Part shown: positions 28,348 through 36,232 of the stretch, one piece after another | Position numbering within the stretch: position 1 is the first letter of the stretch | Layout: every line of letters begins with the position of its first letter | Origin: Patescibacteria group bacterium | GTDB lineage: Bacteria > Patescibacteriota > Minisyncoccia > Phycocordibacterales > UBA1006 | Reading direction: 5' to 3' | Assembly (NCBI GenBank): GCA_028286885.1 | Contig: JAQBQS010000010.1 | Span: 19,148-83,147, forward strand | Length of the DNA stretch: 64,000 nucleotides | Notes under the pieces: model-generated | The model's database searches: none | Seen by the model: the letters and a program-made list of their open reading frames with translations, nothing else | What the model was told of the DNA's origin: nothing | Position numbers and translations under genes: made by a program

Positions 28348-28635
28348 TCATGAAGCCGCCTTCAGAGCCCAATCTTTCAATGTCTTGTAATTAACCTCTC
28401 CGCAGAGATATTCCTTGCTTTTCGGGTCATAGAAAAAAGGCAGCCCGTCGCACTGAGGATCAGTTTTTTGGACCGAATTTTGGTAATTTTCCATTAAACG
28501 ATAGTCGGATTCTGATTTCCAGACATCCCGCTCGTCGAGGATAATCGCCGTTTCATATGCAAGTTTCGCGACAAGCGGCCGCATAACGTCGCAGTGCGGA
28601 CATTCGGTTCCCGTAAAAAAAAGGAGATTATTCAT
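28348..28635 (-). CDS. Glutaredoxin/thioredoxin-fold protein (CPHC)
   Basis: FFTGTECPHCDVMRP N-terminal redox motif. Confidence 0.55.
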   Translation of the reverse strand: MNNLLFFTGTECPHCDVMRPLVAKLAYETAIILDERDVWKSESDYRLMENYQNSVQKTDPQCDGLPFFYDPKSKEYLCGEVNYKTLKDWALKAAS

Positions 28636-28660
28636 ATCGGATGATTATATCAAAAAACGG

Positions 28661-28927
28661 CTATTTAGCCGATGATTTTTTGACTGCTTTTGCAAGACGC
28701 GACTTCTTTCGTGAAGCTGCGTTTGGCTTGATGATCCCTCGCTTGGCCGCCTTGTCGATCGCCTGATAGGCCAGAGCGAGTTCCTTTCCGACAGCCTTTG
28801 CGTCTTTGACGACGACCGCTTTAGCGGCTTTGACCGTTTCTTTCATCGTTCGGCGGCGCTTGTCATTTAAGACCTTCTTGCGGTCCGAGACGCGCAGGGC
28901 CTTTTTTGCATTCTGTAGGTTTGGCAT
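28661..28927 (-). CDS. rpsT: 30S ribosomal protein S20
   Basis: MPNLQNAKKALRVSDRKKVLNDKRR is the S20 N-terminus. The listed ORF is 5'-extended. Confidence 0.85.
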   Translation of the reverse strand: MPNLQNAKKALRVSDRKKVLNDKRRRTMKETVKAAKAVVVKDAKAVGKELALAYQAIDKAAKRGIIKPNAASRKKSRLAKAVKKSSAK

Positions 28928-29003
28928 ATATGCGAGTATCTTAGCAGAAAGACGCTTTTTGTCAAGAAAACCGGCAGCCAAAGATTCTGATATAATGAGT
29001 CCC

Positions 29004-29564
29004 ATGATCGCACGCATCTCGGGAACCGTCATCGCAACAAGTGAAAAACATATGGTCGTCGAGACGGGCGGACTTGCCTATCGCGTGTTCGTCACAGCCG
29101 AAACGGCGGTGCGGAAATCCGTCGGCGACGAGGTGGTTCTTTGGACTGCGCATATTGTTCGAGAGGATTCTCAGGAACTCTATGGATTCGAAAATACCAG
29201 CGACCAAGATTTGTTTGAATTGCTGCTAGGAGTTTCCGGAATCGGGCCGAAGTCCGCCCTCGGCGTGATGAACGTCGCAACGATCGGAACCATTGCGCGT
29301 GCAGTCCAAAACAATGACGTGTCATACCTGACAAAGATCTCAGGTATCGGACGAAAAACAGCCGAGAAGATCCTGATCGAACTTCGCGATAAATTGCCTG
29401 ACATTCATTACGAAGGATCCGAAACAGCAGGCGATGCGCTCGATGCGCTCATCGCACTCGGTTACACGGATTCCGCTTCGCGCGATATTCTGCGAACCAT
29501 CAGCGCAGAACTCGATACGCAGGCAAGGATTCGAGAAGCTTTGCGACTGCTCAATGGAAAATAA
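29004..29564 (+). CDS. ruvA: Holliday junction DNA helicase RuvA
   Basis: MIARISGTV... has an OB domain, then the HhH pair (LLLGVSGIGPKSALGV and LTKISGIGRKTAEKI), then a C-terminal domain. TATAAT lies 10 nt upstream. Confidence 0.9.
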   Translation: MIARISGTVIATSEKHMVVETGGLAYRVFVTAETAVRKSVGDEVVLWTAHIVREDSQELYGFENTSDQDLFELLLGVSGIGPKSALGVMNVATIGTIARAVQNNDVSYLTKISGIGRKTAEKILIELRDKLPDIHYEGSETAGDALDALIALGYTDSASRDILRTISAELDTQARIREALRLLNGK

Positions 29565-29565
29565 A

Positions 29566-29589
29566 AAATCCCTTCGGGGATTTTTTATG
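29566..29589 (+). terminator. Rho-independent terminator (aaaaaatcccttcggggatttttt)
   Basis: Hairpin followed by a T-run. Confidence 0.8.
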
Positions 29590-29800
29590 GAAGCTGATAT
29601 GGTTCGGCTGCAGGCTTGTCCTTCAATTTATCGTAAGTTCTTCCGTTGCCAAGAGGCGAAAGCTCTTCTTGATATTTATCATTCGCACTTCCGGTTTGAA
29701 CGGCTCTTTGCGGTCCTCCGGAAATAATCCATGCGACGAAGAGAAGAATCATGAACGCTACGAATCCGCCCAATACTTGATGGTGTCCTTTCATGCGCAA
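29585..29800 (-). CDS. Small membrane protein (71 aa)
   Basis: One transmembrane helix. Confidence 0.3.
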   Translation of the reverse strand: MRMKGHHQVLGGFVAFMILLFVAWIISGGPQRAVQTGSANDKYQEELSPLGNGRTYDKLKDKPAAEPYQLP

Positions 29801-29832
29801 AGTATATCTGAAAAACCAGTTTCCGAAAACAG

Positions 29833-30321
29833 CTATCGATCGAGAAATCTATAGAGAATAATTCCCGCCGCAACCGAAACATTCAAGGATTCCTTGGTTC
29901 CATTCATTGGAATTTCAGCAATGGCGTCGCATTGTGCCAAAAGTTCCGGCGCGATTCCCGTTGTTTCAGTCCCCATGAGAATCGCTATTTTCTCCGATAG
30001 TTCTATATCTTTGTAATCTGCTGAATTCTTGTCCTGCTCTATGCCGATAACCTGAAACCCTTCTTCCTTTAATTTTTTGACCGCCGAGAAAACATCATCT
30101 GAATATTCCCACGCAACCGAATGCTCCGCCCCAAGCGATGCCTTGGCAAAATCCGTCCGCACGCGGCCGAACCGGTCGATCGGCGTCGGCGTGTAACCCG
30201 ACAAAACAATGCGTGAAACCCCGATCGCATCGGCAGTTCGAAACATCGCGCCGACATTTATGACGCTTCGGATATCGTGCAATACCAGAACGGATTCTGT
30301 TTTTTTATAATCTCGTTCCAT
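29833..30321 (-). CDS. SpoU/TrmH-family RNA 2'-O-methyltransferase
   Basis: SPOUT signatures VLVLHDIRSVINVGAMFRTADAIG and ILMGTETTGI, plus a C-terminal LNVSVAAGIILY. Confidence 0.8.
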   Translation of the reverse strand: MERDYKKTESVLVLHDIRSVINVGAMFRTADAIGVSRIVLSGYTPTPIDRFGRVRTDFAKASLGAEHSVAWEYSDDVFSAVKKLKEEGFQVIGIEQDKNSADYKDIELSEKIAILMGTETTGIAPELLAQCDAIAEIPMNGTKESLNVSVAAGIILYRFLDR

Positions 30322-30838
30322 ACTTTTTTGATCTCAAGAATCGAATTACTAAAATAACCGCCATTCCAAAAACGATCGCTGCGATGAGGCCGTAATAAAA
30401 GTTTTTAAATAATGATGCGGCGCCGATCGCTATGAGCCATAGACTTGCATAATAGAGGATATCGCCTAACAGGTTGAAGAAAGCGCTCTCCCAGAAGGGA
30501 AGCTCCATATAGCCCGCTATGCACGAGTTAAGCCACGGGAAGCTGAAGTTCCCGAGCAAGAAAAGAGCAAGCCACCGCTTGTACCTGCTCTCTCGAAAAG
30601 AGAACAGCTTCGCAAGGCGATCAACGAACGCCCCGACTTTTGAGCGGGGAAATTTTCTTTTGAGAAATCTGCCGAGAAAATAGCCGGCAACAATATCAAT
30701 GAGCGTCGCAATCAAAAACAATATATGAATGACGGACGCAGGATAAACGCCTTTGTGCGTTGCAAAGATGAGCGAAGTAAGCGTCGCTGTTTCCTGGAGC
30801 AAGAGAACGGCGAATGCGAGCAAAAGTTTCGCGATCAT
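30305..30838 (-). CDS. Hypothetical polytopic membrane protein
   Basis: Four to five transmembrane helices. Confidence 0.45.
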   Translation of the reverse strand: MIAKLLLAFAVLLLQETATLTSLIFATHKGVYPASVIHILFLIATLIDIVAGYFLGRFLKRKFPRSKVGAFVDRLAKLFSFRESRYKRWLALFLLGNFSFPWLNSCIAGYMELPFWESAFFNLLGDILYYASLWLIAIGAASLFKNFYYGLIAAIVFGMAVILVIRFLRSKKYGTRL

Positions 30839-30839
30839 G

Positions 30840-30912
30840 TGTGTCCGGTTGGAATCGAACCAACGACCCTCTGCTTAAAAGGCAGGTGCTCTACCGACTG
30901 AGCTACGGACAC
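30840..30912 (-). tRNA. tRNA-Lys (anticodon TTT)
   Basis: Acceptor GTGTCCG/CGGACAC, anticodon loop CTTTTAA, T-loop TTCGATT. Confidence 0.85.
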
Positions 30913-31379
30913 ATGCGTGATACTATAGAATAAAATCGCTATAAAATCAAGAAAAATCCCCTTTGCGGGGGACTTTAACGTTAAGGATGAATTAGGTTCT
31001 GTAATACGCGCGATAGCTCTGGGCATGTATGAGAAGTCCCATCACTGCAAAATAAAGAAAAAGAAAGAATGGTGCCATAATGTTTAGTTTTGATGACTAT
31101 ACACTTAAACCGAGTTATCCACAAGAATCTTTTTAATTTCATTTGCGGTCTTGCAAGAAGAGCGTATACTTATATCGAACCAATGACTTCTCCGGGTTGA
31201 ACTCTAGCCAAGTTATGGCATTCAACATCCAACCCACGCTGTCATCTCTGCTCTTTATTTTGTTCTTTCACATGATGTTTACAAAACAACCCTGTGTCTA
31301 AAAAACTTAATATTAGAGTCGAGTCCATTATACAAGCCTTTCATTCTCATGATCGGCTTTTCTTTTTGCTTAAATAAGA

Positions 31380-31682
31380 TTATTTGTCATTTTTTCCCGC
31401 GTAATGCTTGTTCCCCCATGCAGCCATCGCCTCAAGGATTGGAACGAGATCCAGTCCTTTTTTTGTAAGTATGTATTTTTCATTATTCTTGTCGACAATT
31501 CCCATCGATTCCAATTTCGCAAGGCGCATCGAAAGCGTGCGCGGATTAATGCCCGACTCGTCCTGCATGGCGCAGAAACCGGAACATCCCTGCGACAAGG
31601 CAAGGACGAGCTTCGGCGTCCACTTGTCGCCCAATATTTCAGTCGCGTGCGCGACGCAGAGTTGTTCTTTGTGTTCATTCAT
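31380..31682 (-). CDS. HxlR-family transcriptional regulator
   Basis: CVAHATEILGDKWTPKLVLAL... is the HxlR winged-helix signature. Confidence 0.8.
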   Translation of the reverse strand: MNEHKEQLCVAHATEILGDKWTPKLVLALSQGCSGFCAMQDESGINPRTLSMRLAKLESMGIVDKNNEKYILTKKGLDLVPILEAMAAWGNKHYAGKNDK

Positions 31683-31752
31683 AGTTTGACTTTGGGCCGT
31701 CGATTTACTATACTTTATATAGTAGCCGAAAGCGGCTCATTTAGCAACCTCA

Positions 31753-32400
31753 TTGAATCAAATTATGCCCCCAACCACAACCCTACAGTCCATGAGCTGG
31801 CGTTACGCCGTGAAAAAATACGATACCGAAAAGAAACTTACTTCCGAACAATTAAACCTCGCCAAAGAATCCCTTCGGCTTTCCCCTTCCTCGACAGGAG
31901 TCGAGGCTTGGAAATTTATCCATGTCACCAATCCGGAGACGCGCGCAAAGCTCCGCGAAGCTGCCTACGGACAATCTCCAATCACCGACGCATCGGATTT
32001 GTTCATTCTGGCTCCGCACAAAACGATTGACGGAGCATTTGTCGACACCAAGATGAATGACATAGCAACGCTCCGAGAAATGCCCGTTGAAAACTTGAAA
32101 GGATATTCCGACATGCTAAACGGCGTAATTGCTGCGCACGGCGAAAACCTCAGCCACTGGCTCGCGCATCAGGTTTACATCGCGCTCGGCGTCGCGATCG
32201 CAAATCTTGCCGCTAATCAAATCGACGCAACGCCAATGGAAGGATTCGATTCGCAAAAGTTCGATGAAATTCTTGGACTTTCTGAACTCGGACTTCACGC
32301 GCAGGTCATCCTCGCTATCGGATTCCGAGCGGACGACGATCAGCATGCAACGCTTCCAAAATACCGCCGTGATGCAAAAGATATTTTTATCGAGAGATAA
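31753..32400 (+). CDS. Nitroreductase-family NAD(P)H oxidoreductase
   Basis: RYAVKKYD...KLTSEQLNLAKESLRLSPSS... is the nitroreductase fold. It is divergent from the HxlR gene, a classic pair. Confidence 0.85.
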   Translation: MNQIMPPTTTLQSMSWRYAVKKYDTEKKLTSEQLNLAKESLRLSPSSTGVEAWKFIHVTNPETRAKLREAAYGQSPITDASDLFILAPHKTIDGAFVDTKMNDIATLREMPVENLKGYSDMLNGVIAAHGENLSHWLAHQVYIALGVAIANLAANQIDATPMEGFDSQKFDEILGLSELGLHAQVILAIGFRADDDQHATLPKYRRDAKDIFIER

Positions 32401-32413
32401 ACCTCTCCCCTAA

Positions 32414-32436
32414 CCCCTCTCCTGCAAGGAGAGGGG
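32414..32436. repeat. GC-rich palindromic mini-element CCCCTCTCC-tgcaa-GGAGAGGGG
   Basis: Hairpin family member between convergent genes. Confidence 0.6.
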
Positions 32437-32467
32437 AACCGAACAAAAAAACACCGCACGGTGTTTT

Positions 32468-33112
32468 TTATTTTTTGAGAATCGGCATCGTCAAGAAAAA
32501 CTCTTCGAGCCTCTCGCGCATCTCAAGCCCGCCTTTGCGCGACTCGTGATAAACAGAAACAAGCTTGCGAGCCATTTCGTGAAGCTGCTCTTGGTTAAAT
32601 GATGAATTTTTCTTAGTCATCATATCTTTCAATTTCCACCAAATCATTCCGTGCGTCGGCTCCATTTCGCCTGATTGTGCAACTTGCGCAAGCAAAATCC
32701 AAGACTTTTTCTTGTCACCTGCGGCAAACGCGCTTACAAGAGAGAACGGATCAAACAATGCTTTTGCCGCCGCCTTTTCGGCGATGGTATGGATTTTTGC
32801 AAAGGGTTCAAGTTTTCTCGCATCCCCGACAAGCAGTTTTTCGACTGTGATCAGAATGTCATGCGGCGCGTTCGACAAGCTTTCCGCTTTCTCTATAAGC
32901 AATTCCTTCGCATCCTCATCGTCAAGAATGCCGCCTAGGATAAACAATTTCTTTTCTCCAAAAAGAGAAGGCGTCTGCACCTCGTCAAAGGCCGCTGCCG
33001 ATTCTCTCGCTTCCCTTCTCTCGATGTTTCCAAGTTCCGCGAAAGGCGCAATGATTTCTTGGTATTTTTTTTCAAACGCAGGCGTTCGTTTTCCGACAAT
33101 AATTGTAATCAT
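32468..33112 (-). CDS. Putative DNA polymerase III delta subunit (HolA-like, short)
   Basis: N-terminal ...TPSLFGEKKLFIL... resembles the HolA N-domain. Low certainty. Confidence 0.4.
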   Translation of the reverse strand: MITIIVGKRTPAFEKKYQEIIAPFAELGNIERREARESAAAFDEVQTPSLFGEKKLFILGGILDDEDAKELLIEKAESLSNAPHDILITVEKLLVGDARKLEPFAKIHTIAEKAAAKALFDPFSLVSAFAAGDKKKSWILLAQVAQSGEMEPTHGMIWWKLKDMMTKKNSSFNQEQLHEMARKLVSVYHESRKGGLEMRERLEEFFLTMPILKK

Positions 33113-33121
33113 ATTAAAATG

Positions 33122-33628
33122 TTAGAACCACATGCGCACCCGGCCCTGGTAATCGCGGTAAACCTGGCCCACTGACTTGATCATGAATGCTTCCTCCCAC
33201 GGCGCAAACCACATCGTCATCATCGCCCAAAACAGCACTGCGAGAATCGCCATGACTGTCGAGTTGATCGCGAGCGCAAGGCCCCAGAAAATAATCCCGA
33301 GCGAAAGAGATCCGGGATGCCGGCTGTAGCGATACGGTCCCTGCATCAAATCCGTAAGTGTCGGCGCTGAAACGCTGTGAACGTTTTTGCTGATGAACTT
33401 TTGTGCCCAAAACGACAAACCTGTTCCAAGAAGAACAAGGAACGCTCCGATGCCGAGGAACAAATTCTGGAGAAGCAGTGTCTTGAAAAGCGTTGCGGGG
33501 ATCAAGAGATCAAGCCCGAATGACAGCGCGAGTCCCATAAGAAACAGGATCGGCGCTACGGACACTACTCCCACGAACGTTTGAAAGGGTCGGTTTTGCA
33601 TAGGGGGATTATAGCGCAAAAATGCCAA
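33122..33628 (-). CDS. Isoprenylcysteine carboxyl / phospholipid methyltransferase-family membrane protein
   Basis: GPYRYSRHPGSLSLGI... motif of the ICMT/PEMT family. Confidence 0.7.
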   Translation of the reverse strand: MAFLRYNPPMQNRPFQTFVGVVSVAPILFLMGLALSFGLDLLIPATLFKTLLLQNLFLGIGAFLVLLGTGLSFWAQKFISKNVHSVSAPTLTDLMQGPYRYSRHPGSLSLGIIFWGLALAINSTVMAILAVLFWAMMTMWFAPWEEAFMIKSVGQVYRDYQGRVRMWF

Positions 33629-33706
33629 GCTGCCATCTTGACGTTTTTGGGAAATAAAAAAAGAGAAGCTGTTCCGGGGAACAATTTCTCTTTATAAACT
33701 TCTTTT

Positions 33707-34147
33707 TCAATAATACCCGAACGCTGCGACACTTGTGTGATACATCGCGTTTAAGATTTGACCAACCCTCGCCTGTCTCTCTTGATCTTTCAACTTTTGA
33801 GGAGAAATGTAGAGATTTTGATAGGGGCTTTGGGATATCGGCTGCGAATTTTGATTCTTCAGTTTTACGATATCCGCGTACATTTTCATAGATACTTCTG
33901 CTTTGGCATTCCCTTTGTAGAGAGTTACCGTTTCGCAGTTCGTCTGAATCGAGTCAGGATTCGACGTGCCTGCGAGGACAGCTGTCATCTTGGCCATACT
34001 TTTTGTGAAGGCGTTGATGTCTTTAGTCTTTGCAGAATCTACGTTGATCGTTACATTCTGTGCGCTTGCAGCAACTGCCATCAGAAGGATGAAAGCGATC
34101 AGAAGAATAGTTGGCAGCAGGCTTGGCTTTTGGTTGCAATTTGTCAT
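33707..34147 (-). CDS. Secreted hypothetical protein
   Basis: Signal peptide ending ASAQ. Confidence 0.45.
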   Translation of the reverse strand: MTNCNQKPSLLPTILLIAFILLMAVAASAQNVTINVDSAKTKDINAFTKSMAKMTAVLAGTSNPDSIQTNCETVTLYKGNAKAEVSMKMYADIVKLKNQNSQPISQSPYQNLYISPQKLKDQERQARVGQILNAMYHTSVAAFGYY

Positions 34148-34276
34148 TGGTATTGATTTTATGTTTTATTTAATTGGTTTAAAAGATCTTGATTTCTAAG
34201 GCTATGCTACTATATTAGCATAATATTTACTAAATGTCAAGTAATGAAAAAGCCCTTACTTGAAGGGCTTAAATGA

Positions 34277-35131
34277 CTATTTAGCAACAAGATTCAGGAA
34301 TAAGCACGCAACGGTTACGGGTCCTACCCCGCCCGGAACAGGAGTCATCAGCGACGCAATTTCGGCGCATGCAGGGTCAATGTCCCCGACCAGCTTGCCC
34401 GCCTGCTCGCTCGTTCCCGCGTCAATCAGGACTGCGCCTTCTTTAATCATTTCGGGTTTGATCATGTGGGGCGATCCGACGCCTGTAATGATGATGTCCG
34501 CGGATTTCATTCGCAAGATCTTTTCCTCCTCCGGTGTATTCTTGTCGATGACATGAAAAGGGATGCCGTTGCGAGAAATCATCGTAGCCACCGGCTCGCC
34601 TACAAGTTTTCCATTTCCGACAATCAGAATTTCTTTTTCCTCGAGAGAAATGTCGTAGTAGTCCAAAATCTCGATGACTGCCCGCGCAACCGGAGGAGCA
34701 ATTTCGGAGTCTTCGCGGACGAAGAAATTCTTTGCGGCTGTGCTGAGCACATCGACATCGAGCCTTGCCGGAACGCTGTCGAGCACTTTCTGCACGTCCA
34801 TATGCCTTGGGAGCGGAAGCTGCACGACAATCCCGTCAAATCCCTCTTGCGCAAGGCTTGCAACAAGTTCGCACGCTGTGTCCGTGTCCGCATTGCCAGA
34901 AAATTCCTGGACCGAAACTGAAATGCCAAGCCGCTCGGCAACGCGCGTTTTCATGCCGACAAATTGAACGCTTGCTGCGTGCTCGCCAAACATGACGAAA
35001 CAGATCTTCTTTTGATCAGTATTCGCCAGGCGGTTCTTGACCCGCCCTTCAATTGCGGCTGCGATAAGTTTTCCGTCTGCAATCATGGCTGCAGTATACA
35101 TTACTGTGTTAATACTTTCTGAATTTCCCAT
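34277..35131 (-). CDS. folD: Bifunctional 5,10-methylene-THF dehydrogenase/cyclohydrolase FolD
   Basis: GIVVQLPLPRHMD and the NAD-binding GxGxxVG region. Confidence 0.9.
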   Translation of the reverse strand: MGNSESINTVMYTAAMIADGKLIAAAIEGRVKNRLANTDQKKICFVMFGEHAASVQFVGMKTRVAERLGISVSVQEFSGNADTDTACELVASLAQEGFDGIVVQLPLPRHMDVQKVLDSVPARLDVDVLSTAAKNFFVREDSEIAPPVARAVIEILDYYDISLEEKEILIVGNGKLVGEPVATMISRNGIPFHVIDKNTPEEEKILRMKSADIIITGVGSPHMIKPEMIKEGAVLIDAGTSEQAGKLVGDIDPACAEIASLMTPVPGGVGPVTVACLFLNLVAK

Positions 35132-35233
35132 TTTTATTAATTTGTTTGTCCTAAAGGTACTTCATCTTTGCGTTTGTGTCAATGGTTCCTGTTTTACAAA
35201 GCGCCGGGATCGATTCTGGTATAATCGTCATCT

Positions 35234-35749
35234 ATGACCAAACCCATAACAGAACTCATCAATCTCATCAACGAGCCGAACCGCAGCCGATGCAGCCAAT
35301 TGCTTGCGGATTATTCTGAGCGGTTTGCGCTGGCTCCCGGATCAAAAACAAAACATCAGGCATGGCCGGGCGGCTACCTCGACCATGTGGCAGAAATAAT
35401 GAATCTCGCGAAAATCCTTTATGAAACGACGAGCTCCATTCGCCAACTTCCCTTCTCGCTCGGCAGTGCGATTCTTGTTTTATTTTTGCATGACTTGGAA
35501 AAGCCGTTTAAATATGTCGAGCCGACAATGCATTTTCAAGATGACACAGCCAAAGAGAATTTCATATCCGATATGATCGCAAGGTATTCCATCAAGCTTT
35601 CTGATGACGAGCAAAACGCATTGAAATATATTCACGGCGAAGGACACGATTATAATTCAAATACTCGCGTCCAAGGCCCGCTCGCCGCGTTCGTACATAT
35701 CTGCGACACATGGAGCGCGAGGATCTGGTTTGATTTTCCGAAGAAATAA
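35234..35749 (+). CDS. HD-domain metal-dependent phosphohydrolase (small)
   Basis: H...H (HQAWPGGYLDHV) ... HD (LFLHDLEK) ... D spacing of the HD superfamily. Confidence 0.55.
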   Translation: MTKPITELINLINEPNRSRCSQLLADYSERFALAPGSKTKHQAWPGGYLDHVAEIMNLAKILYETTSSIRQLPFSLGSAILVLFLHDLEKPFKYVEPTMHFQDDTAKENFISDMIARYSIKLSDDEQNALKYIHGEGHDYNSNTRVQGPLAAFVHICDTWSARIWFDFPKK

Positions 35750-35752
35750 ATT

Positions 35753-36205
35753 ATGAATGATAAAAAATTCCTCCAAGAAACTTATCGATTTTTCAATGAG
35801 AAGAATATTTCTGTTTGGCTTTTCGGCGGCTGGGCCGAGGAACTGCGAGGAATGGTTGAACCAAGAAATCATAACGATATCGATTTCCTCTATCTCGCCG
35901 AGAATTTCAATACATTGGATGAACTGATTCGAAACGAAAAACTCGAAGAGATTCTTGCAAAAAGGCTTCATCACAAAAGAGCTCTCTTGATTAATGGCAT
36001 CATGATTGAATTTATCCTCGTCACTGTTATCGAACACCGGTTCGTGACAAAATTTTTCGGGACATATGACTATGAATGGCCATCGGATATTTTCAGCGAT
36101 TCCGAATTGAGCGGAATAAAAATTGTTTCTAAAAATACGCTTTCCTTCTATCGTAATAATTACTCCAAGATTGCAGAACTTTCAAGAAAATATTTTGATA
36201 AATAA
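35753..36205 (+). CDS. ANT(2'')/LinB-like nucleotidyltransferase
   Basis: LFGGWAEELRGMVEPRNHNDIDFLY matches the GGWA..R.H.DID core of aminoglycoside-2''-adenylyltransferase-family nucleotidyltransferases. 4-nt gap to the HD gene. Confidence 0.6.
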   Translation: MNDKKFLQETYRFFNEKNISVWLFGGWAEELRGMVEPRNHNDIDFLYLAENFNTLDELIRNEKLEEILAKRLHHKRALLINGIMIEFILVTVIEHRFVTKFFGTYDYEWPSDIFSDSELSGIKIVSKNTLSFYRNNYSKIAELSRKYFDK

Positions 36206-36232
36206 AAAACTGCCTAGTGCAGTTTTTTATTT
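36205..36232. terminator. Bidirectional terminator (aaaaaactgcctagtgcagttttttat)
   Basis: Hairpin flanked by A and T runs. Confidence 0.75.
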
